This document shows, piece by piece, positions 1 through 9,318 of a stretch of DNA of 64,000 nt (within the stretch, counting starts at the first letter, position 1; every line of letters begins with the position of its first letter). The notes beneath the pieces were generated by a model, which did no database searches, was not told where the DNA came from, and saw only the letters and a program-made list of their open reading frames with translations. The DNA comes from Candidatus Latescibacterota bacterium. GTDB lineage: Bacteria > Latescibacterota > UBA2968 > UBA8231. Location: contig OZ241867.1 in the NCBI GenBank assembly GCA_965203175.1, positions 1,632,001 to 1,696,000 on the forward strand. The letters run 5' to 3'. The translations under genes were made by a program, and so were the position numbers.

Positions 1-555
1 CGGCCCGTGGGGCGAGCGGTCTGAAAACAACCCCCATTGGCGCGGCTCCCAATCTTCGCGGTCGCGGAAACTGCCGTCGATGTGGGCGGGATGCTCGCGG
101 AAGTACGCGTGGGTCGGCAGATGGCTCTGCGGCCAGTAAACAAAGGCCCCGCCGTTTTCTTCCACATCGTCTAAGTAAGCGGTCGCCCCCAGCATAAAAC
201 CGCCGCTCCAGCCCCCCGGTCCGTAACCGTCGATATGCCCTTTGCCCGGCCAGTCCCACGTTTCCCCCGAGCGCGGCCACTGCACCAGCATGGACCCGCC
301 GCCGCCGCTAAACTGCCCGCCGCCCATCGCCTCGACCGCTTCCCGCATCTGCGGCAACTGCCCAAAGGCCGGTTCGACCACAAATCCGTCGATCACATAA
401 CTATCGGGCCAACTCGCCGGATCTGCTGGATCGGCCCCTACGTGATCCCAGAACTGCCCGCGCCAAGCGGCCATCTGCTCTGGCGCGATGAAGTTTTCCA
501 GAATCAAATAACCCTGCTGCTTAAAAAACGCGACCTGTTGCTCGCTCAGTACCAT
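1..555 (-). CDS. PhyH-family Fe(II)/2OG dioxygenase (runs off the window edge)
   Basis: Hand-translated from ATG at 555: MVLSEQQVAFFKQQGYLILENFI...GHIDGY...YLDDVEENGGAFVYWPQSH. Open to position 1; absent from the ORF track. Confidence 0.8.
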   Translation of the reverse strand, partial: MVLSEQQVAFFKQQGYLILENFIAPEQMAAWRGQFWDHVGADPADPASWPDSYVIDGFVVEPAFGQLPQMREAVEAMGGGQFSGGGGSMLVQWPRSGETWDWPGKGHIDGYGPGGWSGGFMLGATAYLDDVEENGGAFVYWPQSHLPTHAYFREHPAHIDGSFRDREDWEPRQWGLFSDRSPHGP

Positions 556-577
556 GCCGTGCCTCTCACAACGATTT

Positions 578-1756
578 TCATCGCCTACCTCCTCGCGTTT
601 TCTGTACGGTTAGTTTCACCTTGTCTGGCGTGATGCTTTTGACCTCCAACCCGGTTGCATCGCGCACGGACTGGGCGGACACCTCGAAAGTCCTCCGCTT
701 CAACCTGACGAGATCGGCATCAATGACGACCTGGAGATCCGCATCACTTGCCAACAACCTGGCCCACCGCGGGCCGGTCACCTTGATCTCCACCTCTGAG
801 GGGTCGATGTCCGTCAGCGCATATTCTTCGGGCACGTTCTCCACGTCTACGCGCACTTGGAGGACCGCCTCCTCGACCGGCACGAAGACCAGCCACACAC
901 CCAAGGCCAAGGCAAAAGACAAAAGACCTTCTACCAAACGCCGCCCCAACCAACGCCACTCGATCCGGCGCTTCTTCACCTCGGTCCCCGCATACTCTAA
1001 GTGATCTTGAATCTTGTCCCTCAAATCGCCGGGTCTGATAGGTTCGGTGCGATTGCCCAGAATCTCGAGTTCCCCCCGCACGGCAATCCCGATGGTGCCG
1101 CGCTCCTCCGAGACTACCAGACACAGAGCATCGCTGCGTTCGGCCAACCCCAACGCAGCAGCGTGTCGCGTACCGCCTCCTTTCAGTTCGTCCCTATTCT
1201 CGGACAGCGGCAAATGCACTCCAAACTCCTTGACCCTATTATTCTCCATCACTAGCGCGCCGTCGTGCCCAGCCGAACCAGGATCGAAAAGGCTATCGAG
1301 GAGTTCTTCGCTGATCTCCGCGTCCAAAGGGACCCCATACTGCAAGAAATGCCGCTCTATCGGCTCGCGCCCCGGCAGGACCACCAAGGCCCCGCATCTT
1401 TTCGCAGCCAACTGGTACAACCCCCTAGTCAGCGTTCCCAAGCTGGAGGGATCCGGGCGCGGAGCCTTGCGGCGCAGGCTGAGCGTGGCGATCTGCTCAA
1501 AAAGCCGGCGCAAATCATCCTGGAACACCACCACTACTACCACCACTAGCGCCGCGAAAAAGCCTTGGAGGATCCAAGTCGTTAGCTGCAACTGGAATTG
1601 CTGCGCTATCAGGTAGTAGAAGACGCCCAAAAAAGCCAAACCGAGCAGGGCCATTCGCGCTCGGCGAGTCCAAACCACTAGACCCCAAAGCAGCAACGCG
1701 ACGACTGCAACGTCCACCAGATCAGTAGGTGCGATGTCCAACAGGGGTGTGTGCAA
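578..1756 (-). CDS. Diadenylate cyclase (CdaA/DisA_N) fused to a C-terminal YbbR/CdaR-like domain
   Basis: Three N-terminal TM helices, FQDDLRR, HDGA and GTRHAAALGL motifs, VSEERG, then a further TM and a YbbR-like beta domain. Confidence 0.85.
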   Translation of the reverse strand: MHTPLLDIAPTDLVDVAVVALLLWGLVVWTRRARMALLGLAFLGVFYYLIAQQFQLQLTTWILQGFFAALVVVVVVVFQDDLRRLFEQIATLSLRRKAPRPDPSSLGTLTRGLYQLAAKRCGALVVLPGREPIERHFLQYGVPLDAEISEELLDSLFDPGSAGHDGALVMENNRVKEFGVHLPLSENRDELKGGGTRHAAALGLAERSDALCLVVSEERGTIGIAVRGELEILGNRTEPIRPGDLRDKIQDHLEYAGTEVKKRRIEWRWLGRRLVEGLLSFALALGVWLVFVPVEEAVLQVRVDVENVPEEYALTDIDPSEVEIKVTGPRWARLLASDADLQVVIDADLVRLKRRTFEVSAQSVRDATGLEVKSITPDKVKLTVQKTRGGRR

Positions 1757-1789
1757 AGTGGTATCTCCCCCCTAAAGGAAGGGAATGGA

Positions 1790-2536
1790 TCAAGCTCCGG
1801 GGAACGCCGCCAGATACACCTTGGTGCGCTCGTTCAAAACTCCGTAAAAAGCCCGCGTCTCTGCATCCTCGCTATCCCGCCAAAACGCCGCCGGAATACT
1901 CGAATCGTTCGCCAGCGGTGCCCGGTTGCGATGCCCGTAGTAAATCTGCACCGTCCGCCGCTCTGCTTGCGTGGGCCGCGTCGTCGGCGTGTGTAGCACC
2001 GCCACATTAAACAGCGCGCAGGTCCCGGCCGGACCGTGCAAGTGGTACTCGCCGCCTCGCTTGAGTTGCTCTTCCTTATCTTCGAGCACCGGCTGGCTTA
2101 CTGCTTCCGGGGACAGCGAAAAACAATGCGTCCCCTCGTCCACATCGGACAGATAGACCATGAGCTGGATGTAGTCCATGCGGAATGGATGTTCGTCCCA
2201 ATGCGGCCTGTCGCGGTGCCAACCTTGGTGCAATGAGCCATCGTAGGCCCGCATCATCCGCAGCCCGATCTCGCCAAAGCAGAGCGGCCCACCCATCAGC
2301 GCCTCAATTGTCGGATATATTTTCGGGTGGCGGATCAGTTCGTCGAACTGCGGCGAGGTGATCAATGCCTCGTAGTTGGTGTGCTGGTGGTGGCCGTAGC
2401 GGTGCCAGAAATAGGGATACTTTTCCATATCCCCATCGAACATGGCGCGGAAGTATTGCACGTCGTCGTTGTCGAGCACCTGACCTAAGTTGAGATAGCC
2501 GTTTGCAGCAAAGAAATCGCGGTCGGCTTGGTCCAT
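1790..2536 (-). CDS. PhyH-family dioxygenase
   Basis: FFAANGYL N-terminus, WHRD facial-triad motif, distal His (VLHTP); RBS AGGAG upstream of ATG 2536. Confidence 0.85.
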   Translation of the reverse strand: MDQADRDFFAANGYLNLGQVLDNDDVQYFRAMFDGDMEKYPYFWHRYGHHQHTNYEALITSPQFDELIRHPKIYPTIEALMGGPLCFGEIGLRMMRAYDGSLHQGWHRDRPHWDEHPFRMDYIQLMVYLSDVDEGTHCFSLSPEAVSQPVLEDKEEQLKRGGEYHLHGPAGTCALFNVAVLHTPTTRPTQAERRTVQIYYGHRNRAPLANDSSIPAAFWRDSEDAETRAFYGVLNERTKVYLAAFPGA

Positions 2537-2556
2537 CACCTTGTCTCCTAATTTTG

Positions 2557-4347
2557 TTAGCGATATGGAATCCGCTCGCCGTGCCAAGGCAGGCGAAAGC
2601 TGGGCTGCTGGCTGTAACGCCGCATGGCGAGCGACAATTCGATTTGGCTGGCTGGTGCCAATTCAACTTGGAAATAAGTGCTATCCACGTCGAGCACCTC
2701 GTCGCCAGCTCGCACCCGGCCAAAGCAGTGCTCGCCAAAGCTGCCAGCGCCGATGATCACCTGCCGGGTGCGGCTCGTGCTCAAGTTGACCAACGTCAGT
2801 TCCGCACTGTCAGCGCTGAGGCTGGTTACTAGGGCTCCCACGTCCGGGGGCAAACCCGGCCGCTGCTGCTCACCGTCGAAATAGCGCACCCGCCCTTGCG
2901 CCAATCCGCCCCAATAGATGGTCTGCGGCGCGCCGGTCGTTAGCTGCACTAAGGCTTCGGTAACCACCGGGTTGACCTGCTGCCACCAGTGTACGTCGAG
3001 TTGGGTCAGATCCTGTTCGTCGTCGATGACCTTGGCGATGCGGTCGCAGACCTCTCGGTAGTTGGCCTGCAAGATGCGCTCGGGGTAATCCGGGGACTCG
3101 CCAGCGAGAAAGCGGGTCCAGGCGCGGTCGTCGAGCGAACGCGGTCCGCGCTGCCCCACCTGCTTCCACTCGTCTTCGGCTCCCCTGCGCAAGGTCTCCA
3201 GCCGCTGCCAGTCGCGCTGTTCCATGGACGCGGTCCACAAGTGGATCGGCGCATTGGGATTGATGGGATTGAAGTCGGTCCAACCCTCGTCCGCGTGCTT
3301 GTAGGGCACGAGTAATCGCCCCCCTTCTTCGCGACCGTGCGCGACTAGCGCATCCATGTGCATGCGGAGCAGGTCCAAGTAGCGGGCCTCGCCCGTGACC
3401 AACAGCGCGGCCTCCACCGCCGCGGTGATCGAGTGGGCCATCATGTTGTGTCCATAGCGCCCGGTCCAGCCGTACAGCCCGCCCCACCACTGCCCTTGAC
3501 GCATCTCGCCGACAATGCCGTTGGGGCCGATGTTGTCTGGGACGATGCCGCCGTTGGTTTCGGTGCGCTCTATCCAGGCCCCCACATATTCCTCTATCCA
3601 CTCCCGATACCGCACCTCGCCGGTGTGGAGAAAGGCCGTTGCCACCAGCGCCACGACGCCTAAGTTGACGGTCACGTCGCCCTGCATGACCACTTGGTCG
3701 AATTGTTCCTCAACGCGGCGTTTAGTCTCGGGATCTTCCCACCAGTTGGCGGGCAAATCAAATCCTGGCCCCAGCGTGGCGTGGTCGTGGGTGAGGTCGT
3801 AGTGGATTTCGCCGCGCCGCATTTGCAAGAGCGGTCCCTTGCTGCCGCTACAGGGCGAGCGCACGATGCGGTGCTCGGGGTCGTAGTTGGGCACGGCTGG
3901 GTCGTCGTTCAAGTAGAATCCGGCAAAGCGCTGTGCCCGGCGGCGCGTCTCGGCGTTGGTCGGGTCGGCCATCCCTAAGTGATAAAAGTAGATGTAGTTT
4001 TCGGCGTTGTGGAACCAGTCGTCGTCGTTGATAAACTCGCGGGTGACGCGGCCGTAGTCGTGCTCTAGCTGCCGAGTAATGGCGTTCCACTCCTCTAGGG
4101 CCTTGACGCCCGTGTACTCGCTGCCGCCTAGGGCATAGTAGTGAGGCCAGTTGAAGAATGCCTCGTACAGATCGTCGGCCCAGACCCCGTCTCCGGGGTC
4201 TCCTTCCATCCATATCAGGCTGCCGCCGGGGCGGGTGTACTTTTCGAGAAAAATCGGTGCTGCCTCGTCGATCGCGTCGATCAGTCGCCGCTCCAAGACC
4301 GCCCATAGCGGCGGCGCAGTGCGCGTTTGGCTTTTTAGCGTTAGCAC
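2557..4347 (-). CDS. Hypothetical ~596-aa Trp/acidic-rich protein, possibly an (alpha/alpha) barrel enzyme
   Basis: Long ORF with native composition; GTG start at 4347 preceded by GAGG; no family recognised. Confidence 0.7.
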   Translation of the reverse strand: MLTLKSQTRTAPPLWAVLERRLIDAIDEAAPIFLEKYTRPGGSLIWMEGDPGDGVWADDLYEAFFNWPHYYALGGSEYTGVKALEEWNAITRQLEHDYGRVTREFINDDDWFHNAENYIYFYHLGMADPTNAETRRRAQRFAGFYLNDDPAVPNYDPEHRIVRSPCSGSKGPLLQMRRGEIHYDLTHDHATLGPGFDLPANWWEDPETKRRVEEQFDQVVMQGDVTVNLGVVALVATAFLHTGEVRYREWIEEYVGAWIERTETNGGIVPDNIGPNGIVGEMRQGQWWGGLYGWTGRYGHNMMAHSITAAVEAALLVTGEARYLDLLRMHMDALVAHGREEGGRLLVPYKHADEGWTDFNPINPNAPIHLWTASMEQRDWQRLETLRRGAEDEWKQVGQRGPRSLDDRAWTRFLAGESPDYPERILQANYREVCDRIAKVIDDEQDLTQLDVHWWQQVNPVVTEALVQLTTGAPQTIYWGGLAQGRVRYFDGEQQRPGLPPDVGALVTSLSADSAELTLVNLSTSRTRQVIIGAGSFGEHCFGRVRAGDEVLDVDSTYFQVELAPASQIELSLAMRRYSQQPSFRLPWHGERIPYR

Positions 4348-4407
4348 GATCTCGTCCTCTCGCAAAGGGCTTCTATAAGTAGATACGCATTCGCGCCGAT
4401 GGCAAGC

Positions 4408-4448
4408 TTGACAATGTAGGTGCATTTTGTCGTATTTTATAGGACAAA
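4408..4448 (+). promoter_or_regulatory. Putative promoter/operator of the Xre-RES pair
   Basis: TTGACA at 4408-4413 and inverted repeat TTTGTCgTAT..ATAgGACAAA at 4426-4448 just upstream of the antitoxin. Confidence 0.45.
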
Positions 4449-4478
4449 CGTCGCTACACAAAGAAAGCGAGCTATGCC

Positions 4479-4916
4479 ATGACCACTGCCACGACGGCCC
4501 CCTTAGGGGAAACGGCGCAGATTCTCGGGGTGCGCCATAGGCTGAACAATGGCTTCGACCTAATTGAAATGAGCAATCGAGGCATTGCGCGGTCGGAGTT
4601 GATAAAACTAGCGGAATACCTCGCTATATCGCCGGGACAACTCATTCGCCTGCTGCCTATTAGCAAACGCACGGTGCAGAGACACAGCGACGCCAAACCA
4701 TTCAGTCGGGCCGTCTCCGAGCAGGTTATCCAGATCGCCAGTGTTGCTGCCAGAGGGGTAGCTGTCTTTGAGGACCGCGACCATTTCCTGGATTGGCTCA
4801 AACAACCCTGCGCGGCATTGGGCAACAAAGTGCCGCTCGAATTGCTCAACTCGCGTTTCGGCGCAGATATCGTTCTGGATGAGTTGGGCCGGATAGAGCA
4901 CGGGGTATTCGCCTGA
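4479..4916 (+). CDS. Xre/MbcA/ParS-type antitoxin
   Basis: HTH region plus WLKQPCAALGNKVPLELL...VLDELGRIEHGVF C-terminus; overlaps the toxin start. Confidence 0.9.
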   Translation: MTTATTAPLGETAQILGVRHRLNNGFDLIEMSNRGIARSELIKLAEYLAISPGQLIRLLPISKRTVQRHSDAKPFSRAVSEQVIQIASVAARGVAVFEDRDHFLDWLKQPCAALGNKVPLELLNSRFGADIVLDELGRIEHGVFA

Positions 4917-5374
4917 TGCGGCTTTTCCGCATCGCCAAGACCCGCTACATAAACGATCTATCGGGAGCCGGTGCCCGCGCCAACGGTGGTCGGTGGAATC
5001 GCGTCGGGGTGGGTTTGCTTTACACTTCGCCTAGTCGGGCATTGGCTACGGTGGAATACCTAGTACATGTGCCATTGGCGCGGGTACCGAAAAATCTGAG
5101 TATCGCGACTATTGCAGTGCCCGATGATGCGTCAACAGAGACTATTACCGAGGAGATGTTGCCAAACAACTGGCGACGACATCCGGCCCCTGTCGAGCTA
5201 GAGGAGGTCGGCACTCGTTGGATTGAGGAGAAGAAATCCTTGTTGCTGCGCGTACCCTCAGCAGTAGTTAAAGGAGATTACAATGTGCTGATCAATCCAG
5301 CGCATTCAGACATGAAAGGTGTGGAAATCGCGGCGGTTGAACCGTACCTGCTTGACGAGCGGCTGGTGCGATAG
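4916..5374 (+). CDS. RES-domain toxin
   Basis: LSGAGA...GGRWN...YTS..RALATVEYLVH...LRVPSAVV..NVLINPAH RES signature. Confidence 0.9.
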   Translation: MRLFRIAKTRYINDLSGAGARANGGRWNRVGVGLLYTSPSRALATVEYLVHVPLARVPKNLSIATIAVPDDASTETITEEMLPNNWRRHPAPVELEEVGTRWIEEKKSLLLRVPSAVVKGDYNVLINPAHSDMKGVEIAAVEPYLLDERLVR

Positions 5375-5397
5375 CCGCGAAATGTAACGGGAACGCG

Positions 5398-5556
5398 TTA
5401 GTCAGCGTGCGACCTCAGGCGACAGAAGATGTACGCCGTTGGAACTGCAATCAGCAGAATGAGTCCCAAGCGGCAGAAGATGTACGCCGGCACTACAATT
5501 AGCAGCACGAGTACCGAGACGATGTCGAAAAGGCGCTTTATTTCCGGAGATGTCAC
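5398..5556 (-). CDS. 52-aa hydrophobic peptide with internal repeat
   Basis: AAAGGAG RBS, GTG start: MTSPEIKRLFDIVSVLVLLIVVPAYIFCRLGLILLIAVPTAYIFCRLRSHAD*; below the ORF-track cutoff. Confidence 0.55.
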   Translation of the reverse strand: MTSPEIKRLFDIVSVLVLLIVVPAYIFCRLGLILLIAVPTAYIFCRLRSHAD

Positions 5557-5690
5557 GGCGGTTATCTCCTTTCGAAACTTGGGGGAGTGCGAAATATGGG
5601 GAGAAAGTTAATTGAGCTTGCGACAGATGGGGGAGAAGAAAAGGAAGGCAAAATTGCGCAGCCCATTAAGAGATGCAAAGGGAACTGATG

Positions 5691-5726
5691 AAGCTAGCGA
5701 TACGAGTAGTTCCGCATCGCTAGCTT
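5691..5726 (-). terminator. Stem-loop downstream of tRNA-Leu
   Basis: AAGCTAGCGAT(a/g)CG arms around an 8-nt loop; weak U tract. Confidence 0.5.
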
Positions 5727-5743
5727 GCAATGATTAGTAAAAA

Positions 5744-5830
5744 TGGTGCCGGAGGTGGGACTCGAACCCACACACCCTTGCGGATACAGGATTTTGAATC
5801 CAGCGCGTCTACCAATTCCGCCACTCCGGC
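5744..5830 (-). tRNA. tRNA-Leu(CAA)
   Basis: GCCGGAG acceptor, TGGCGGAATTGGTAGACGC D-arm, loop TTCAAAA, long variable arm, GGTTCGAGTCC T-arm, encoded CCA. Confidence 0.95.
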
Positions 5831-5838
5831 TACAGTAT

Positions 5839-6333
5839 TTACCACTCCTCTCGTTCGCTTTTCGGCTTGCCGAGGATTTCCATATAGACAATCGCGTCGC
5901 GCGCCGTCTGAGGGGTGAGGAACCAACGGCTCCGGGTGCGACGAGGCCGCTGCGTCTCGCCTGCGTCCTCGTCCTCGGACTTGGTCTCCGTCAGCCGCGC
6001 CATGGCCTGCTGCTCGGCCGCCACGGCGCGCCGCTCGGCCTCTAACGCCAGTCGCTCGGCTTCTAGGGCCTCCCGCTCGGCCTCGGCCGGATCGACCTCG
6101 GCGAGAACCGGCTCCTCAAAAGGATCGCCGTCAAACGGCCAGCCAAAGGTCGGCTCTTCTTCCTTCTTCTCCTCGGCGACAACGGGCGCGTCTGGCTTGA
6201 CCTCGGCGTGCTGCTGGTCGATCTCGGCGTGCTGCTGTTGTGCCTCTTCAACCTGTTTGCGGCGTCTGCGACGCTCCATCAGCGCCGAAAATATGCTGAA
6301 CAGGATGGCGAGGAGAAATAGTAGGAGTTCCAT
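5839..6333 (-). CDS. Membrane-anchored coiled-coil protein (YqfB-like, floA operon)
   Basis: N-terminal TM, acidic/coiled region, C-terminal ARDAIVYMEILGKPKS; directly after floA. Confidence 0.7.
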   Translation of the reverse strand: MELLLFLLAILFSIFSALMERRRRRKQVEEAQQQHAEIDQQHAEVKPDAPVVAEEKKEEEPTFGWPFDGDPFEEPVLAEVDPAEAEREALEAERLALEAERRAVAAEQQAMARLTETKSEDEDAGETQRPRRTRSRWFLTPQTARDAIVYMEILGKPKSEREEW

Positions 6334-6336
6334 GGA

Positions 6337-7323
6337 CTAGTTGTCGCGGTTGTCGCGGTCCTCGCCGCTTTCGGAAATCGAGTCGCGCATGTCTGTGTCA
6401 GCTTGGATATTGCGCATGCGGTAGTAGTCCATAATGCCCAGGTTGCCCTCGCGGAAGGCCTCGGCCATCGCACGCGGTACCTCGGCCTCGGCTTCCTTGA
6501 CTCGCGATTCCATTTCCACGACTTGGGCCGTCATCTCCTGCTCGCGCGCCTGGGCCATAGCCCGGCGTTCCTCGGCTTTGGCTTGGGCGATTTTGAGATC
6601 GGCATCCGCCTGATCGGTCTGCAACTTGGCACCGATATTCTCGCCCACATCGACATCGGCGATGTCAATCGAAAGAATCTCAAAGGCGGTCTCCGAGTCG
6701 AGACCCTTTTCCAGCACGCGCCGGGAGATTAGATCGGGATTTTCGAGCACCTCTTTGTGCGTTGTCGCTGAACCGATGGTGGTAACGATCCCCTCGCCAA
6801 CCCGGGCGATGATCGTCTCCTCGCCGGCGCCGCCGACCAAGCGGTCGATATTGGCGCGCACGGTCACTCGGCAGGTAGCCTTGACCTGAATGCCGTCTTT
6901 GGCAATCGCCGCAATCAAGGGCGTGTTGATCACCTTGGGATTGACGCTGACTTTGACCGCGTCGAGCACGTCGCGGCCAGCCAAGTCGATGCTGGCGGCC
7001 CGCTCAAAGCTCAGATCGATATTGGCCTTGTCGGCCGAGATTAGAGCCAAAATCACGGCGTTGACATTGCCGCCGGCCAAGTAGTGAGCTTCCATGCTCT
7101 CCAAGCCAACATCCAGCCCCGCCTTAGCGGCGCTGATCTTGGGGCCGACGATCTGGCGCGGTGGCACCTTGCGCAGTCGCATACCCACCAAGTCCTTGAA
7201 TATCCCCACTCTGACTCCGGCGAAATAGGCCGAAATCCACAGCCCCACCGGAATGAAATAGGTGAAGAGCGACAAAAAGATGATGATGCCGAAAAGTATC
7301 AAGACCAAAAACAGAACTTCCAT
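6337..7323 (-). CDS. floA: Flotillin-like protein FloA (YqfA)
   Basis: [57 protein letters not shown] motifs. Confidence 0.95.
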   Translation of the reverse strand: MEVLFLVLILFGIIIFLSLFTYFIPVGLWISAYFAGVRVGIFKDLVGMRLRKVPPRQIVGPKISAAKAGLDVGLESMEAHYLAGGNVNAVILALISADKANIDLSFERAASIDLAGRDVLDAVKVSVNPKVINTPLIAAIAKDGIQVKATCRVTVRANIDRLVGGAGEETIIARVGEGIVTTIGSATTHKEVLENPDLISRRVLEKGLDSETAFEILSIDIADVDVGENIGAKLQTDQADADLKIAQAKAEERRAMAQAREQEMTAQVVEMESRVKEAEAEVPRAMAEAFREGNLGIMDYYRMRNIQADTDMRDSISESGEDRDNRDN

Positions 7324-7347
7324 TATTAGCTCCTTGAAAGGAGTGAA

Positions 7348-7857
7348 CTAAGACTCGGACTGGACGGACTGAACTACTACTCTGTTGCCAGCCACCTTCA
7401 ATACCTCGACCTGCTCACCACGCTCAATATAGCCACCCTCGCTGACTACGTCGACTACCCGTTCGCCAAATTGCGCCCGTCCCGCCGGCCTCAGCGTCGT
7501 AACCGCCTGGCCCGTCTGCCCGAGCAACGCCTCGCGGCCGGGCTTGACCGAATCGTAGCCGGCCTTGCGCGTCATGCCATCGTTGAGCACCAAGCGGTTC
7601 CAAGCGCGGACCTTGAGCATCATTCTCACCAAGATGGCGGTGCCCAAAAGCCCCACGCCTGCCACGACGCCAGCCGCCAAGCCGCCCATGTTCACATAGG
7701 CATAGCCAATGCCGGCGACCGCGGTCAGCAAACCAACGATGCCGAAGATATTGAGCCCAGGGATGACGAAAATTTCCAAGAGCACCAGCACAAAGCCGAG
7801 CACTAGCAGGGCCAGCGAATAAACCCATTCCAACACCTCCCCTCCCAGAAAGCTCAT
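7348..7857 (-). CDS. Short NfeD-family protein (TM + OB-fold)
   Basis: LEIFVIPG TM region; G.AVTTLRPAG...DVVSEGGYI NfeD C-domain. Confidence 0.85.
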   Translation of the reverse strand: MSFLGGEVLEWVYSLALLVLGFVLVLLEIFVIPGLNIFGIVGLLTAVAGIGYAYVNMGGLAAGVVAGVGLLGTAILVRMMLKVRAWNRLVLNDGMTRKAGYDSVKPGREALLGQTGQAVTTLRPAGRAQFGERVVDVVSEGGYIERGEQVEVLKVAGNRVVVQSVQSES

Positions 7858-9173
7858 AGTGGCTTCACCACCACGCGACTGCCGCGAGCTTCGACGACTT
7901 TGATGGGCCGCTGCGCCTCGATGAATTCGCCTTCGGCGATCACGGTGAGCCGCTTGCCCCCCAACAGGGCTATACCCGAGGGCCGTAGGTAGCTGACCGT
8001 GACCCCTTCCTTGCCCAATAACTCCTCGTCGGTTTTGCGCGAGGAGGAAGTGTACCCGTCGGCGGCCTTGATTTCGTTGTGGAGTACTAGGCGGTTGAAG
8101 GCGGCAAATTTGGGCAGGGAGCGCAACGCGATGATCGAGAGTACAAACGCGCCGATCATCGAGCCGGCGAGACGCCCTATCACCGAGACGATTTCGTCAA
8201 AACTCCACAATTGAAAATCGCCCAATTGGGTAATCACCACGCTCGCAATCATCGCCGCGACACCCAACACGCCCACAATGCCAAAGCCCGGAATGGCCAC
8301 CAGTTCGACGACCAAAAGCGTCACGCCCACCGCAAAGAGCGCCAGTTCCTGCCACTCGGCCAAGTGGACGATCAAGTGGCTGCCAAAGAAAAGGCCCAGC
8401 GCCACTAATGCGAGCGTGCCGCCCAAGCCCCAACCGGGGGTGCGCACCTCGGCGATTAAGCCGAACATGGCCACGGCCAGCAAGATCGAAGTGACGACCG
8501 GGTGGGTCAACATGCGCAAGACGTGCTCGGTCCAATTGAGTTCGACATCCACGATTTCGGCCTCGCCTAGATCGTAGATGCGCAACAGCTCGATCAGCGT
8601 CTCGGCCGTCTCGTCGGCCATCTGGTAGTTGAGTGCCTGCTCGGTGGTCAAGGTGGCTGGCCGGCCCGCTTCGGCGCTCAGGCCCGGCACATCGACGCGC
8701 TCATCGACCATGGCCTCGGCGATCTTGACGTTGCGACCGGTGCGCTCGGCCGTGGCGCGCATTTCGGCGCGCATATAGGAAGTTATTTTGTCGCTGGCTT
8801 TGTCGCCCGTGGCATCGACCGGGGTGGTTGCGCCCATGGTTGAGGCTTGCGTCATGACGATCTTGTCGCAGGCCAGCGAGATGAGTGCCCCGGCCGAAAT
8901 CGCCCGCTTATTGATAAAGGCGATGGTCAGGGTTTCGGCGTCGAGGATGGCGTCGCGGATCACCGTGGCTGCATCGACGCGCCCGCCAAAGGTGTCGATC
9001 TCAAAGATGATCGCATCGGCCTCGGTCTCGTCGGCCTCGGTTATCACGCGCTCGACAAAGGCCGCCACGCCCGGGTCGATCATGCCCTCCAGCTTGAGGT
9101 GGACGCGATAGACGGTCTGAGCGTGGGCGCTGCCGGCCGCCAAAATTAGGAGTGTGTAAATAAGGCGTCGCAT
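7854..9173 (-). CDS. nfeD: Long NfeD-family membrane protein with ClpP-like domain (YqeZ-like)
   Basis: Signal peptide, IDTFGG, AISAGALI, TM bundle, LRPSG C-domain. Confidence 0.9.
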   Translation of the reverse strand: MRRLIYTLLILAAGSAHAQTVYRVHLKLEGMIDPGVAAFVERVITEADETEADAIIFEIDTFGGRVDAATVIRDAILDAETLTIAFINKRAISAGALISLACDKIVMTQASTMGATTPVDATGDKASDKITSYMRAEMRATAERTGRNVKIAEAMVDERVDVPGLSAEAGRPATLTTEQALNYQMADETAETLIELLRIYDLGEAEIVDVELNWTEHVLRMLTHPVVTSILLAVAMFGLIAEVRTPGWGLGGTLALVALGLFFGSHLIVHLAEWQELALFAVGVTLLVVELVAIPGFGIVGVLGVAAMIASVVITQLGDFQLWSFDEIVSVIGRLAGSMIGAFVLSIIALRSLPKFAAFNRLVLHNEIKAADGYTSSSRKTDEELLGKEGVTVSYLRPSGIALLGGKRLTVIAEGEFIEAQRPIKVVEARGSRVVVKPL

Positions 9174-9186
9174 TTACTATTGAATA

Positions 9187-9215
9187 TATAAGGCTATAGA
9201 GTATAAGGCTATAGA
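9187..9215. repeat. Direct repeat TATAAGGCTATAGA x2 in a divergent promoter region
   Basis: Copies at 9187-9200 and 9202-9215. Confidence 0.7.
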
Positions 9216-9318
9216 TTGTAATCCAAGCATCTAACCATTGTCAACAACCTCATTTGACCCTCCTTTTGGCCCAGCCTATTTTTTGATTTTTGCCATCACA
9301 TTTCGGAACGAAAAAGCC

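Noticed and set aside
4400-5760. Prophage or integrative element at tRNA-Leu
   Set aside because: No integrase and no duplicated tRNA 3' end found; only a TA pair and a small ORF
6190-6245. QQHAE repeat in the YqfB-like gene
   Set aside because: Short in-frame duplication in a low-complexity linker
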